Source of the DNA: Sminthopsis crassicaudata
Lineage: Eukaryota
Assembly: GCF_048593235.1 (NCBI RefSeq)
Contig: NC_133618.1
Span: 48,022,478-48,086,477 of the forward strand
Direction of reading: 5' to 3'
DNA length: 64,000 bases
The notes beneath the pieces were generated by a model. It was not told where the DNA came from and did not search any database. It saw only the letters and a program-made list of their open reading frames with translations. Numbering within the stretch: the first letter of the stretch is position 1; every line of letters starts with the position of its first letter. Of the stretch, positions 34,480-48,500 are shown in pieces. Position numbers and translations under genes: made by a program.

Positions 34480-36335
34480 TCTGTTTACAAGTCCACCATT
34501 TTCCTCTCCCCCCCACCTCATCCTCACACAGAGACTTCAACATCCATACTGATTCCCCCTCCACCTACTCAGCTCCGAGGAGCATCCCTCAGCTACACAC
34601 ACAGATGCCCGTGTCCTTGGTCTTGCCATCATCCACAACGTTCGGGAATTCTGAAATCCCCTCATCTGACCACAATTTATTGGCTTTTCACCTCTCCTGC
34701 TGCCTTCCCTTAGGTAACCTTTACCCTCACCATGACCTGCAATCCCATGACACCCCAATTCTCTCTCAGGTATTCCCCCTCCAATGGTCACTCTTTTCTC
34801 CCTCTTGGCTCCTTGGCCAATTAATTCAGCTCTTCACCGTGCTCCTTTCTCTCATACCCAGCCAAGCCTCAGCCTTGGACCTCTCCCACCATTCACTTCC
34901 TTGCCCCCTATACATGCTGAATGGAGGTGGAAAAGATCACTCGACCATTCTAAGGGTCCACTATGAACCTCAACGGGGCCTTCACTGCCACCAGTCCTAT
35001 AATGTCCTACCCTCACTCTCAGGCTCTGCTAGACCTCCTCCTCCCTCCTCAAGCTTCCCGTGCTCCCACCCCCCCAGAACCGTAGCTCACGTTTTACAGA
35101 AAGAACTGCGACTACTTGCTGTGAATTCCTTCTTCTCACCTCCTGTCACCCCTGTGCCTTTGGACACTCACTCCTCCTCCCACAGCCATCTCACTCGAAG
35201 TGCTTCTGGCCCTCTGCCTGTTCCGTGACCCCATCTCATCTCCTCTGCCGCTCCATCCTCCCTACTCCACCACTTACTTTCAGTGTCGCCCGCTTCCCTG
35301 CCCCCTGCCTACCCATGTCTGCTCTATCCCCATGCAACCCTTCCGTCCTCGTCTCTCCTGCCCCCTCAGGAGCCAAACTCTTCTGGAAGCTCACCTCCCC
35401 GTTCTCTCCCCTCGCTGCTTCACCTGGGGTCCTGACCTTTCCATTGCACTGAAAAGTCACTCAGTTACCCATGGTCCATTAGTGGCCAGTTCTCAATGCT
35501 GGCTCTCCTTGACCTGTCGGTCACTTTCCCTTGACACTCTCTTCCTTTTAGGTTTCCAAGACAGTCTCCTCCTCTCCCCCCTCCTGGCTCTCCTCCTCTC
35601 TCTCTGAGGGCTCCTTCTCTGGGCCCTCCTCCAGGTCTCATCGACCCTAACATGGACTCCCACAGACCCTCTCTACTCCGCTTCTCATTAACTGCTTCAA
35701 TTGGTGACCTTATTAGCTCCCTCAGCCATCTCGGCCCTGCTGAGGCACACATTTACCTCCTGCCCCAACCTCTCTGCCACCTCCAATCTCACATCCAGCT
35801 GCTTCCAAACACCTCAAGCTCCACGTCTAATCAACATCTTAAGCTCAACAGTCCAAATGGAACCCTCCCCCAATCTCCCCTCCCTCAAAATGCTGAGTCT
35901 GACATTTAGAGCCCTTCATGCCTCAGCCTCCTCCTCCTTTCCCATCTTCTTACCCCTTACTCCCCGTCAGTCAGGGACTCTTCCACCTACTAATGCTGGC
36001 CCCCTGGCCATTCCATGAACAAGCTCCTCCTCCCCTGTGCTTTGGACATTCTCCCTGGCTGTCCCCCCTACCTGGAATGCTCCTCCTTCTCTGCTCTAAC
36101 CACTGACCTCCCTGGCTTACTTTAAGCCCCACCTCCTGCAAGAAGCCTTCTCCAACTTTCCTTTTTCCAGTATCTCCTGCTTCTCTGGCATCTCACTTGC
36201 TTTGTATGTGCGTGTGTGCAGGACTCCCCTACCAGACTGCAAGCTCCTCGAGGGCAGGGGTCATCTTTTGCCTCTATTTGCAGAGCTTAGCGCAGTGCCT
36301 AGCACGTAATAAACATTTACTACTTGACTGACTGA
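34480..36335 (+). mobile_element. Long L2 LINE remnant (EN, RT and 3' end) in CDK10 intron 8
   Basis: Endonuclease-like DFNIH and SDHNLL (in ORF 34284-35228), RT-like LLDLS region near 35500, and L2 tail (agactgcaagctcctcgagggcaggg...gcagtgcctagcacgtaataaacatttac). Confidence 0.8.
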
Positions 36336-37168
36336 TCTGCTTCAACCGGCTTTTCCACAAGAGAATGTCCATGGAGGGTCTCTTCTCTGGCACTAGGAGC
36401 AAGGCCCTGGCCACTCCCAGGAGGAAGAAGGGTGATCATGGCTGCTGGAAGACCCTCCTCATCTTCTGCTTAATGGCCCCCCTGCACCGGCCCCTCTCAG
36501 AGCCAAGCAGTACTTTCCATGCAAAGATGGAGTGGCTCTGGCTAAGCTCACCTCAAGGCCCCCAAGAGCCCGTGAAGGGGCGCTCCGTTGGCCCACCTCA
36601 CGCAGATTCTTTCTGAGGGTAGTGGGCACAAATCTTGAATAAAATTTTACTAGAAGATCCACTGCCCAGGGCTGTTCATGAGTCCAAATCTTTGGTCTGC
36701 TGCCATGATGTTTTCCCTGCCAAGGCTATTGTCTAGGTGACACACCCAGGCTTTGAGCTGGCTCAGCACAGACCAGTCAGTGACCTCCGCCTTGATGGCA
36801 GCTCTCCCATCTGGGTTTGCACGCCCTGCCAGGTCCTCAGACATCTCTTGCCCTAGAACAGTCTGTCTTAAGGACCTTTACCACCAACCCAGTCAGATCC
36901 AGGCCTGCAGAAAAGTCCATAAGGCAACCCCCTGTATGCCCTGGCAAGGCCCCTTGCCTCGGTTTCCCCAACTGTAAAATGAGGATCATAATAATACCCG
37001 TCTCAAAGTTTGTGTGAGTATCAAGTGAGATAATCTTTGTGAAGTGCTTAGCACAGTGCCAGGCACACAGCAGGCACCACATCAATGCTTATTTCCTTGC
37101 CTTCCTCTTCCTCCCTTTGCCCTTCTCTCCTAGAATCTGGGGTATGAAACATCTTCGAGGCTGACTCA

Positions 37169-37363
<195 letters not shown>

Positions 37364-37419
37364 TTACATGTGGGAGTAGCGTGTGCAAGGGGTTGTGCCG
37401 GCGCGTGTGCATTCGAACA

Positions 37420-37455
37420 CACAGACACACACAGACACACACACACACACACACA
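37420..37455. repeat. (CA)n / (CAGACACA)n microsatellite
   Basis: Seen directly, 30 nt from the exon 7 donor. Confidence 0.9.
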
Positions 37456-37484
37456 GAGGTCCAGGTAATCACACAGACACTCAC

Positions 37485-37537
37485 CTGTTTTAACGCAGCC
37501 CTTGTCAGTCATAAGCAAATTGGAAACCTTTAAATCC
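37485..37537 (-). CDS. CDK10: CDK10 exon 7
   Basis: (R)DLKVSNLLMTDKGCVKT(A): catalytic loop. Confidence 0.98.
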
Positions 37538-37749
37538 CTGTCATTGTAAGAAGAGACACTGTCAGTCACCTCTGGAGAAGCCGATTTCCACGATGGGACC
37601 AGAGTCCCTTTTAAGCCTCTGGGCTGGACAGGTGAAGGCTTGGAGTGGTCTATTTTGGGGAGTTGATCCACTATTTATCTATTCCCTGAATAAAAGGTGC
37701 TTAACTTGAAGTCTGTGAACTTGTTTTTCAAAATATTTTGATTACTTTC

Positions 37750-37880
37750 TTTTTTGGGGAGAGAACAATTGGGGTTAGGTGACTTGACCAGGGTTACACA
37801 GCTGGTGAGGGGCCCGATTTGAACTCAGATCCTCTTGAGTCCAGGGCTGCTGCTCTATCTCTTGTGTCGCCTAGCTGCCC
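37750..37880 (-). mobile_element. CORE-SINE (WSINE1/Mar-like)
   Basis: ggggttaggtgacttgaccagggttacacagct...gatttgaactcag...gcctagctgccc. Confidence 0.8.
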
Positions 37881-38059
37881 TGTTAATGGCCCATTCGGTT
37901 TCCTTTGCAGTCTTATGTCTGGAAGGAGGCAGAGGAGGGCTCGGTAATCGCCGCCCAAACAGCCCTGTCTCCGGTGCCCATCTCTGAGCAGCAGAACCTC
38001 CCCGAGTTTGTCCTTGCTGTGCTCCCAGGTCTAGCTCTCCCCAGGCTTTCCCTCCTCAC

Positions 38060-38127
38060 CTGTGGATGATGAAGTTCTTGTGAAGGTACTGAAGGCCCTT
38101 GAGTACTTGCAGAATGATGCACTTCAC
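38060..38127 (-). CDS. CDK10: CDK10 exon 6
   Basis: [22 protein letters not shown](R). Confidence 0.98.
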
Positions 38128-38859
38128 CTGTAAGGGGAAGAGGGGGAAGAGAGCCCACAAATGACCCAGGTCCATCTCGGAGCGGGCGGCTCAGCCACCC
38201 GGGAGCCTGAGGAAGGGCTCCCAGTCACAGTGAGAGGAAAGACCCTCCTGCCCGCCCCGACTCTGGATCCTAATGGTTCCCATGGTGCCCAGCTGCAGAA
38301 GCACATGTGATGTCAGATGGGCCGGGCGCCAGAGGAGGAGGAAGGAGAAACTGGGAAAGGAACAAGAATTAAGAGAGAAGGGTAGTGGTGCAGCGAACAT
38401 CTCTACAGCCTTTGGAAGGAAAGTTCTTTTAAGTAGGGACCGTTTCCCCTTTGCCTCTGAACCTTCCCAACTCCCTGTAAGATCCCATGCAAGAATCGTA
38501 AATTCCTAGTGCACTTCTAAGGCACGAGTCCCATCAGTCAGCTGCCTTGAGAATCCTTCTCCTGCCAGCCTTAGGCCAAGGGCTACTTCTTCCACGAAGC
38601 CTAGCCTGGTTTCCCCAGTTACTACTTACGTCTCCCCTTAAGTTGTAAATACCTTATACTGGCTTCTCTGCCTTCCTATCTGCTTTCTGTTGATGAGGCT
38701 GGGACTTTGTGGGGAGGCTTTTTGGTATCTCCAGGGCCACAAGCACTTAATGCTCGCTGACTTCCTGAAGTATATGAACTCTCCAGGGAGTCCTGAGCTT
38801 CCCCAAGGCTCTTCACTGGTCACTAAAAGAAGGCTTAACCCCAAAACCAAAGGTGATTG

Positions 38860-39166
<307 letters not shown>

Positions 39167-39300
39167 CTAGCCTGGAGAGGGAAGCCAATGAAGGGAGGTG
39201 CCTGGTCGGAGAAAGGCGAAGTCTCAAGCTCTCAGTGTAGAAAGCAGAAAGCAGGGCTGGTCAGGGAGTGGGAGGGCAGGAGAAGGCCCAGCGGCGGTTA

Positions 39301-39633
<333 letters not shown>

Positions 39634-40083
39634 TTAGGGAAACAGGATCCCGGGTTCTGCCATAACTTGGCTTGTGGAGGGACAAAGATGGGGTTTCTGG
39701 AGCCCCCCACCTGGGGTGGGGCTGTAATCTAAAGTCCGCGGGCACCCAAAGCCCACTTAAGGCTGTCAGCCTTCTCTCCCAGGCCCGCCTCGCCACGCAT
39801 CCAGATCGGTGTGATAATGGACACAGCTTAGGGAAGTCCGGAGGTGGAATCCAGGCTTCCCAGCGTCGGGATCTGAGTCTCACAGCGGCAGATGTGGCCC
39901 TGCCTCGGCCGGGGGCTGGGCTCCCAGGGCCCGCCCTCCCCCTGCAGCCTCCCTCTGGCCAGGATTTCCCAGGCCCCTCAGCGGCTGGGTCCCAGGAGAA
40001 GTAGAGACTGCGCACTTCTGAAATGCCTCGGTCCAACCTGCAGGGCCCTGACTAGGTCCCCGGCAGCCAGCCTCCCACCTCAC

Positions 40084-40155
40084 CATCCTTCTCCTTGTCC
40101 ATCCGAACCTTCTTCAGGGCCACGATCTCATCGGTCTGGGTATCTCGCGCGCGAT
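40084..40155 (-). CDS. CDK10: CDK10 exon 3
   Basis: (Y)RARDTQTDEIVALKKVRMDKEKD(G). Confidence 0.98.
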
Positions 40156-40721
40156 CTGAAACAGCAACAGAGCGGAGGAAGACCCCAAGCCAGAGCCCCG
40201 CCCCCTGCCTTGCCATTCCTGGGGGCAAGGGTCCTGTTTGCTCCAGGCTAGGGATTCAAAGACAGGCTTTAAACAACCCCTGCCCTGGGGCCGTGAGTCC
40301 TCTTACTGGGCTCTCAAATAGATGTAAAGTCCTGGGGGAAGAGGCTCCCACTTGGAGCACTAGGATTTCCAAGGAGAGCACAGGCCCCTGCCCACAGTTA
40401 CGGAAATAGGCGACTGTTCCAGAAGGGGAAAGCACGTGCAGCAGTTTGGCCAAATGCCAAAGGAGAGGAAATGCGGGCGGGAGAGGGTGAAGGCCTCCAA
40501 AGGGAGCCCGATCCCGGGGGAAGCGGCGAAGCTTCTGGGGCACTTAGGCGGCCGATTAGCGGCGTGGTAATCAGACCAGAGATGGTGAGAGCGCAATCGG
40601 GGTGTGGGGGGAGAAGGTCGGGATGGCCTCTTTCTCCCACACAAGCTCCTCTTGGAACAGCCCGCCCCCCCCCTCCCCCAGCGCCGAGGTAACTGACATC
40701 TCCCGGCCGGCCCACACTCAC

Positions 40722-40794
40722 ACACGATGCCGTACGTGCCTTCCCCGATCCGGTTCAGTTTTTCGAACTCCTTCACGCTCCGGCACTGCCCCAG
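40722..40794 (-). CDS. CDK10: CDK10 exon 2
   Basis: LGQCRSVKEFEKLNRIGEGTYGIV(Y): Gly-rich loop. Confidence 0.98.
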
Positions 40795-40999
40795 CTGCAG
40801 GGGGAGGGAGACACGGCGCTCCTCTGAGCATCCCCCAGGGGGCCGGTGACAGCGCGACACCCGGAGGAGCTAAAGGAGCCTAGTTACACGTGAGGCCCGA
40901 GGGCAGGTCGGAACCTGAATCCACAGCACCCACGCAGGCCCGCCGACAGTCTCCTCCATAAATGTGCGCGTGCATGTGAATCTCGCTAAATTATATGCA

Positions 41000-41000
<1 letters not shown>

Positions 41001-41036
<36 letters not shown>
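41001..41036. repeat. (CA)n microsatellite in CDK10 intron 1
   Basis: Seen directly. Confidence 0.95.
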
Positions 41037-41042
<6 letters not shown>

Positions 41043-41447
41043 AAGTAATATGTACCTATATTTTAACATTGATAAAAATTTCGAATTCTCAGCTCTCTCC
41101 CTCCGCCCCTCCCCCACCGACTGAGAAGACAATATATCGAACAACGCGCCCTTTTACGAGGAGTAACAGCGCGGGGAAAACAGGGATTACAAACCGGGGA
41201 CTCGGGTTCTAATCCTGCCTCCCCCCAGGGCGATCTTCTCTCGGGGACTCAGTTTCCCCATATGTAAAATGTGGAAAATTGGCCTAGATGGTCAAAAAAG
41301 GTTAAAGAAAAAATTGTTTTTATTAAATCTAAAATTTATTTCCAGCAGCAAAGAAAAAAGCTTTCCAGGGAAAGGGCGGTCAGTTTCCGCGGGAAAATGA
41401 CGCGACGTCCCCACACCCTCGACTCCCCGCGCCCGCCCAAAGGAACT

Positions 41448-41461
41448 CTGGGAGTTGTAGT
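41448..41461 (-). promoter_or_regulatory. ZNF143/THAP11-type ACTACAnnTCCCAG motif in CDK10 intron 1
   Basis: ACTACAACTCCCAG on -, about 90 nt into intron 1, inside the CpG island (~39300-41780). Confidence 0.6.
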
Positions 41462-41550
41462 TCTATCAAGGCAGCACAGGCCAATACCCCACAGAGTGGC
41501 GGGCCGCGGAAAAGCAGCGCCGGCCCTCGTGATATCCCGCACACACGCAC

Positions 41551-41637
41551 CCTATCTTCCGGGGGCACCGTGAAGAAACCGTCCCGCCGTATGCACTTCA
41601 GGCGAATCTGCTCCGATTCCGGCTCCGGATCTCCCAT
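41551..41637 (-). CDS. CDK10: CDK10 exon 1 (gene total 1095 nt, 364 aa)
   Basis: Strong Kozak gcaacATGG; MGDPEPESEQIRLKCIRRDGFFTVPPEDR; donor gtgcgt. Confidence 0.97.
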
Positions 41638-42299
41638 GTTGCAGCCCGCGTCTTCCGCCCCCCCAAGCATGCGCGGGCGCCTGGGGGAGTGGGGAGGTGA
41701 AAGAAGGAACTGCGCAGGCGTAAAATCGACTTCCGCAGAGGGCCACACCTTCCCTTAGCAACGGTTACCAGGGAAGACCTGGACGTAGCTGAGTTCCCAG
41801 TTAAGACAGACTAGACTGGGTGATGGAGGAAGTTCCTCCATCTGGTGACCTATTTATGTATGGGAAAGCAGAACTTACTCTCTCCACACCGGGCTGTTAG
41901 AATAATCAATCAACAATCCCTAAAAATCTACTGTGTTCCAGGCACTGAGAATAAACATAATAATCATCAATCATTCAGTCAACATTTATTAAGCACCTAC
42001 TAGACTTTATGCCCTCTACATCGGACTATTAGAGTAGTCAATCAACAATTATTAAAAGTCTACTGTGTTCCAGGCCCTGGGAATAAACATAAAACATTTA
42101 TTAATCAACAATCAATAAAAATTTATTAAGCACCTATTATGTTCCATGCATTGAGAAAACAAGTAGAAAAAAGGAAACAGTTCTTGCTCACAGTGAGGCA
42201 TGGATGGAGTGAAGTACCTCATGTGTGGTGACCAGCACCACAAAAATGGGCCAGTGGCCACTGAAAATAAGGAGACGGGGTTGCTGATAATTCAACAGA

Positions 42300-43330
42300 G
42301 CTGTTTATTAAGAGAAGTCATTCTGCTTATATATTTTAAAAAAATATGTTATTATGAAGAGCATTGTTCTGTGACCAACCCTGGTTTCTGTTTCTGATCT
42401 AACTTTCTGAAGCACATGGTTAGTTTCTAGAGATTTCTAGAAAACAGCCTATAAGAGTAGGTCCACAGGTACATATAAGCAAAATTACAGCAAATGCAAT
42501 GAGTATAATTTCACGTCCAATGGCACTGAATGTCCCTGGTACTCTCTTAGTCTAATCAGCAATTGTTTGGGCAGTCTGGTCAGGTTCTAGATTTCCATAT
42601 GATTCTTTAACATATCAGCAATTTTTCTGAAGATCTTCAATATCCAATGTAACATTTGAATTTCCCCATAATCCATTAAGGTGATTTCTAATTTTATCCC
42701 ATTCCCACTCTGACTCATTGTATTCCTTATTAATCATACAGAAACTGGTGAATCTGTAGTCACATACTAATCTTCATCTAATCAATCCTCAATATTTCCA
42801 CTTCTTGCCCTATTTCAAGACCATCCTCTCTTAACTGATTTATAGCTTGATAAAACATTAATTTTATTCTGCATTACAAACCCTTTAGAGATATTTTGTT
42901 CATGTAAATAGAGATATTTAAGTTCATGCAAATTATTAGCTTGAACCACTTGCTTTTTTTAGACAGTGATAAAGCAATTGAGGCACTGGAAGCTAAAATA
43001 GAAACTAATGCAATTATATCAAAAACAATACATGAAATACATCTTTTCTTTCTACTTTTGCTGAGTAAATGTTCAATGTTCTCCAAAGAAGGGTATGCTC
43101 AAGTGTGATGCTAGTATCACAAGTGTAACATATTAAATGAAAGCTTCATGATAACAAACACAATACTGGTATTAACCTTACTTCCTAGGCATTCAGAAAC
43201 TTTGCATTCCCTGCAAGTAACATTATAACCTGCTTCTACCTCTCCTATTTTTCCTCACATGAAAGCATAATCATTCCCCAAATAAGCTTATATTATAGCA
43301 TTTTATGGTACATTCTTATCTCTATATACT
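42300..43330 (-). mobile_element. Betaretrovirus-like env remnant (SU C-terminus and TM), decayed
   Basis: Furin site RKKR (43042-43053), hydrophobic fusion peptide, then CDYRFTSFC (CX7C, 42738-42764) followed by MINKEYNESEWEWDKIRNHLNGLWGNSNVTLDIEDLQ, resembling HERV-K/MMTV-type TM. Contains frameshifts and stops. Confidence 0.85.
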
Positions 43331-43639
43331 GTTAATATCATTCTATAGGAGTGAACAGTAATGTTGAAGAAGGTACCCCGAAACTCTAAAAATCCTTGAA
43401 GGAGAAAAACTCCTTCAACTCTGCCTTAAGGAGGGACCCTGCCCAAGGGAAAGCAGACTTTGAAATAGTGTACAATTAGCCTGTGAATGAAATCAGAAAT
43501 GCAGAAAGACAAAAATAGAGGGGTTGGGAATTCTATGTAATGGTTCATAGTCATCTCCCAGAGTTCTTTCGCTGGGTGTAGCTGGTTCAGTTCATTAATG
43601 CTCTATTGGAACTGATTTGGTTCATCTCATTGTTGAAGA

Positions 43640-46600
43640 TGGCCACGTCCATCAGAATTGATCATACTTATATATTATTATGTAATTATTATATAAAACA
43701 AACAAATCAGAATTTGGATTCTATACTATTTGGTGCATATATGTTTAGTATTGATATAACTTTATTGTCTATGGTACCTTTTAGCAAAATGTAGTTTCTC
43801 TGCATCTTCCTTTTTTTTATTATAGCTTTTTATTTACCAGATATATGCATGGGTAACTTTACAGCTTTAACAATTGCCAAACCTTTTGTTCCAATTTTTC
43901 CCCTCCTTTCCCCCATCCCCTCCCCCAGATGGCAGGTTGACCAATACCTATTAAATATGTTAAAGTATAAATTAAATACAATATACGTATACATGTCCAA
44001 ACAGTTATTTTGCTGTACAAAAAGATCAGACTTTGAAATAGTGTACAATTAGCCTGTGAAGGAAATAAAAAATCTGCAACTTTCTTTTAAATTTTTGCTT
44101 TTGTTTTGTCTGAGATCATGATTGCTACTCCTGCTTTTGTTGTTGTTGTTAATTTTAGTTGAAGCACAATATATTCTCCAGTTCTTTAGGTTTACTCTGT
44201 GTGTGTCTCTCTGCTTCAAATGTATTTCTTATAAACATATTGTAAGATTTTGGTTTTTCATTTACTCTATTATCTGCTTCTGTTTTATGGTTGCGTTAAT
44301 ACCATTCTCATTCATTCACAGTTATGAATACTATTTCCTTCCATCATGCTTCCCCTCCCCTCTACATTTATCCTTTCTTTGTGTCTGCATTGTGTCTTTG
44401 TGTCTATCAGCATTCTCCCTTTTTTCCCCCACTTCCCTTGCCTATAGGGCAAGATAGATTTCTATACCTAATAATTTATATGTTATACTCTCTTTGACCT
44501 AATTCAGATGAGAGTAAAGTTCAGGTGTTGCCTGTTGCCTTTCCCCCATCTTATCATCTCCTCCACGATAAAAGCTCTACCTTTTGTGAGATAATTTACT
44601 CCATTTTCTTTGTCTCTTCCCTCTTCTCCCAGTGCATCCCTTTTTCTCTTAATTTTATTTTGGGATATCATCTCATCATAGTCAGCTCATACCTTTATAC
44701 TCTGTGTTGTTCTGCTTTAATAAAGAAAACTTTTTTAGGAGTTAAAAATATCTCCCCATGGGGGCAGCTAGGTGGCGCAGTGGATAGAGCACCAGACCCT
44801 GAATTTAGGAGGACCAGAGTTCAAATTCGATCTCAGATATTTAACACTTCCTAGTATATATACATATACATAGATATAGATATATAGATATAGATATCTC
44901 CCCATGTAGGATTGTAAATAGCTTAAACTTAATCCCTTATGATTTCTTTTTCCTGATTACCCTTTTTGTTTCTTGAGTCTTCTGTTTGAATATATTTTCT
45001 ATTAAGTTTTGGACTTTTCATTAGGAATGCTTGGAAGTCTTCTATTTCATTGAATATCCATTCCTTTTAAAGAATTATCCTTGATTTTGTTGGTTGATTC
45101 TTGATTGTAGTCCTAGATTCTTTGCCTTACGAAGTATTATATTTCAAGTCCTCTGATCATTTAATGTAGAAACTGCTAAATCTTGTGTTATTCTAACTGT
45201 GGCTCCATGATATTTGAATTGTTTCTTTCTGGATGCTTGCAATGTTTTCTCCTTGACCAGAGAGCTCTAGAATTTAGCCATAATACTCCTGGAATATTTT
45301 ATTTTGGGAGATCTCTTTTAGGATATGATCAGTGGATTATTTTAATTTCTATTTTACCCTCTGATTTTAAGATATCAGGGCAGTTTTCCTTGATAATTTC
45401 TTGAAATATCTGAGATATAAGAGTAGTTTTCCTTGATACTTTATTGAAATATGATGTCTAGGCTCTTTTTCTCATCATGATGTTTACATAATCCAGTGAT
45501 TCTTAAATTATTTTTCTCTCAATCTATTTTCCATGTCAATTTTTTTCTGGTGAGATTTCAGATTTTCTTCTATTTTTTCATTCTTTTGATTTTGTTTTAT
45601 TGTTTCTTTTTTTTTTTTCACCTTTTTATTTATTTATTGCTGAGGCAATTGGGGGTAAGTGATTTGCCCAGCGCTGCAAAGCTAGGAAGTATCTGAGATC
45701 ACATTTGAACTCAGGTCCTCCTGACTTCAGGGCTGGTGCGCCATATAGTTGCCCCTAGTTTTATTGTTTCTTGATGTCTCATGGAGTCAGTTTCCACTTG
45801 CCCAATTCTAATTTTTAAGGAATTATTTTTTCAGTGAGTTTTTACGTCTTTTTTTCCATTTGGCCAATTCTGCTTGTTTCAGGAATTCTTTTCAGTGGAT
45901 TTTTGTGCCTCTTTTAACATTTTGCCTATTCTATTTTTTGTTTATTTTGCCAAGGTAAGCTGATTTATTTCATAGACTAGCAAGTGATTTATCAGATATA
46001 AGTGTTACAGGGTCACATATCTATATCCTATTTTTAACATGGGTTTTTAAAATAATTTTTTGGGCCTCCTTATTAAGTTGTCGACTATTTCTTGCACCAC
46101 TTTCTTTCCACCATTTTTCCTCTGCCTCTCTTATTTGATTTTTTGAAATATTTTTTGGAGTACTTTCAAAGCTTGAGAACAATTCACATTTTTCTTTAAG
46201 GCTTTGCATGTAGCTGCTTTGATCTCATTATTTTCTTTTGAGTTTATGTTTTGATCTTCATTGACACTATAATAACTTTCTGCAGTTAAGATTTTTTTTT
46301 ATATTTGCTCACTTTTTAAACCTTTATTTTTCCTTTCAACTTAAGTTCTGTTTCTGGGATAAAGGGGATACTCTCCCAAGCTTCAGGTCTTTAATGTTTC
46401 AGTGTTCAGAACTAGTTCTGGGGGTCCGTAAGTTTTTAATTTTTCCAAAATGGCAAGTGGTTAAGAAGAGTCAATGCTCTCCTGGCTTATGTTCTGCACT
46501 GTGAGTGATCATGGGCATTTTTTTCAACCTGGATTTGTGACTAGGGTCTCTCCTCCTTGCCCTGGGATTGTGACTTAGAACCAAGTATAGGTAATGCAAC

Positions 46601-46930
46601 AGAGTCCTGCATTCAGTGCCAGCAAAAGATCTCCTATAACTTCCTTCTGACCAATTGTCTGACCCCATTATTATCTGTGGGCTGAAAGCTCTGGAACCCA
46701 CTGATGCCAATTCAGTTGTTCCTAAGACCTACTGCTGTCTTATCAGGGACAGCCTGCCCGAGACTACATTTCACTCCCCAGTGAGACAAATCTTTCCTGC
46801 CAACCTTCTAAGTTATTGTGGGCTGGAAAATAGTTTCACCCCTCCTTTTGTTGGTTCTGCCATTCTAGAATTATTTTGATGTATTATTTTAATGTTTTCG
46901 AAAGGAAATTTGGGAGAGTGCAAGCAATTC
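43640..46930 (-). mobile_element. 5' portion of an old L1 (5'UTR, ORF1, start of ORF2) with nested insertions
   Basis: T-rich antisense L1 signature; ORF 46021-46209 reads like ORF1p coiled coil. Nested younger L1 3' end (~43810-44075) and SINEs at 44761 and ~45640-45757. Confidence 0.7.
44761..44893 (+). mobile_element. 3'-truncated WSINE1 with (GATATA)n tail and 13-bp TSD
   Basis: atatctccccatg at 44748-44760 and 44894-44906. Confidence 0.88.
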
Positions 46931-47707
46931 CCTGCCTTTATACTATCTTCTTGACGCTTTTTCCTTTAGCCATTTTTCACAGGATCTCAAAGCTGGAAGA
47001 TATTCTAGAAGTATCTGATCCAATCTCCATGTTTAACAATAAAGAACCAGAAGCCCAGAGAAGGAAAACAATTCCTGATTCCAGGCCTGGCACTTTATTT
47101 AGATGACAAGAAAAGAGAAAAGTATGGATGACGGGAAAGAGAATATTGCTTGGCTACAATAAAGGGACAAATCTTTGTAAGCTCACATGGGGAATTTAGA
47201 AGGGAGAGATTGTCTTCTGTATTTTTGTCTGTGCCCTCCTTTGGGAATGTTCCTTCTCTAATGAGAGAAAACTGTTAAAAATGTGTCATTGTTCATTTTA
47301 TATTTGGGAATTTGCTGACATAGTGCTTTGCAAGTTAGTAATGTTCTCCTTAGGCGCTGATAGCTTGGGATATGAGTGCCATGTTTAAGACTTTCTGCTT
47401 ATTTTCATAATTGAATTAAAATTAATACTTAATTTGGTCATATTCCCCCCTCTTTTTATGCTAAAATAAAAGTATTAACATTTAACCAACTATGACTAGC
47501 TCACATCATTCTAAAAGACACTTTATTATAGCCAAGAGAGTCAAAATAACTTTTAAGAGTTGAGACACCCTTCAAGTTTCCCTTGAGGTCCCACAACTGA
47601 AACCAATTCTCATTACTTGGAACTATACAGATTAGGTGTCTCCACAATGGGTCAACACATTTACACAGAGCCATTAAAAGAAGTTTTATGATGGCTTCTT
47701 CAAACTA

Positions 47708-47864
47708 ATTTTTTTTTTTTTTTTTGGTTAAGGCAATTGGGTTTAAGTGACTTACTTAAAAGTCACACAGCTAGGAAGTTTTAAATGTCTGAGGTAAGAT
47801 TTGGACTTGGGTTCTCTTGACTTTAGGGCTGTTGTTCTATCCATTGTGCCACTTAGCTGCCCCC
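47708..47864 (-). mobile_element. WSINE1-type SINE with TSD
   Basis: Flanked by caaactaa on both sides; T-tract tail. Confidence 0.88.
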
Positions 47865-48261
47865 AAACTAAATTTTTTTTAAAATTCAAAATACATCCCC
47901 ATTTCTCCAACCAGAATAATGACTACATTACTCCTAAATCAGGAATCTGGTTACAGGTATATTTATCATTGTGATTTTTTTCCCTTAAAAAGTATAATGA
48001 AAGACTTTTTACTTTATTAGATATAAGTTTGGGCATCTCTCATTTCTATATTGCCTCATTACCAATTCACCAACTTTCAAAATTCATTTATTTATTTGAG
48101 TTTATTTAAACAAACCTTCCCAGTTCATTTTCTAAGGAGTCATTCCTGGTCTCTTCCAAACTGCCTGTGGCACTGGGAGAAGTGAGGCGGAGGTTACTTG
48201 CCAGAGAAGAGGCAGAAAAGCTTCAGCTAGTTTCTGAAGAAGGCATCTCAGAGGATCACTA

Positions 48262-48500
48262 CTACAGGAGTGATTTATGTTTTGGACCATCAGGCTTACT
48301 TTTAGTGTACGCCTCCACAGTGCTGGGGCTCCTGTGCCGGTAGTAGGGACCGTAGTCTGTCTGGTCCTTTATGGTCTTTTGCACTTCTTCGTCTGGTGAT
48401 ATAGTATGAATTGTCTCGGTGGAAGCTCGAGTCACAACAATTTTGGGAATAAGAAATGTTTTCGACTCACCCCTTCTATCCCTTGGATCAGAAACCCGAG
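48262..48500 (-). CDS. SPATA33: Spermatogenesis-associated protein 33, last exon
   Basis: Acceptor ccctcttctctttag. (A)RVSDPRDRRGESKTFLIPKIVVTRASTETIH...QKTIKDQTDYGPYYRHRSPSTVEAYTKSKPDGPKHKSLL*, matching human PQIIITRASNET...WGPYRRHRNPST. AATAAA on - at ~48090-48110. Confidence 0.9.

Noticed and set aside
34284-35228. 314-aa + strand ORF in CDK10
   Set aside because: Contains decayed L2 endonuclease motifs and overlaps CDK10 exon 9 in antisense; transposon-derived, not a host gene.
41638-41670. In-frame upstream ATG giving CDK10 an 11-aa extension (MLGGAEDAGCN)
   Set aside because: Weak context (C at -3, C at +4) against a strong context at 41637, which aligns with the human start; no evidence of use.
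48294-48301. Donor-like AAAA|gtaagc near the end of the SPATA33 last exon
   Set aside because: Reading through gives a stop after a short tail (SKPDGPKHKSLL*) with AATAAA about 160 nt later, and I found no downstream exon; not excluded without RNA data.
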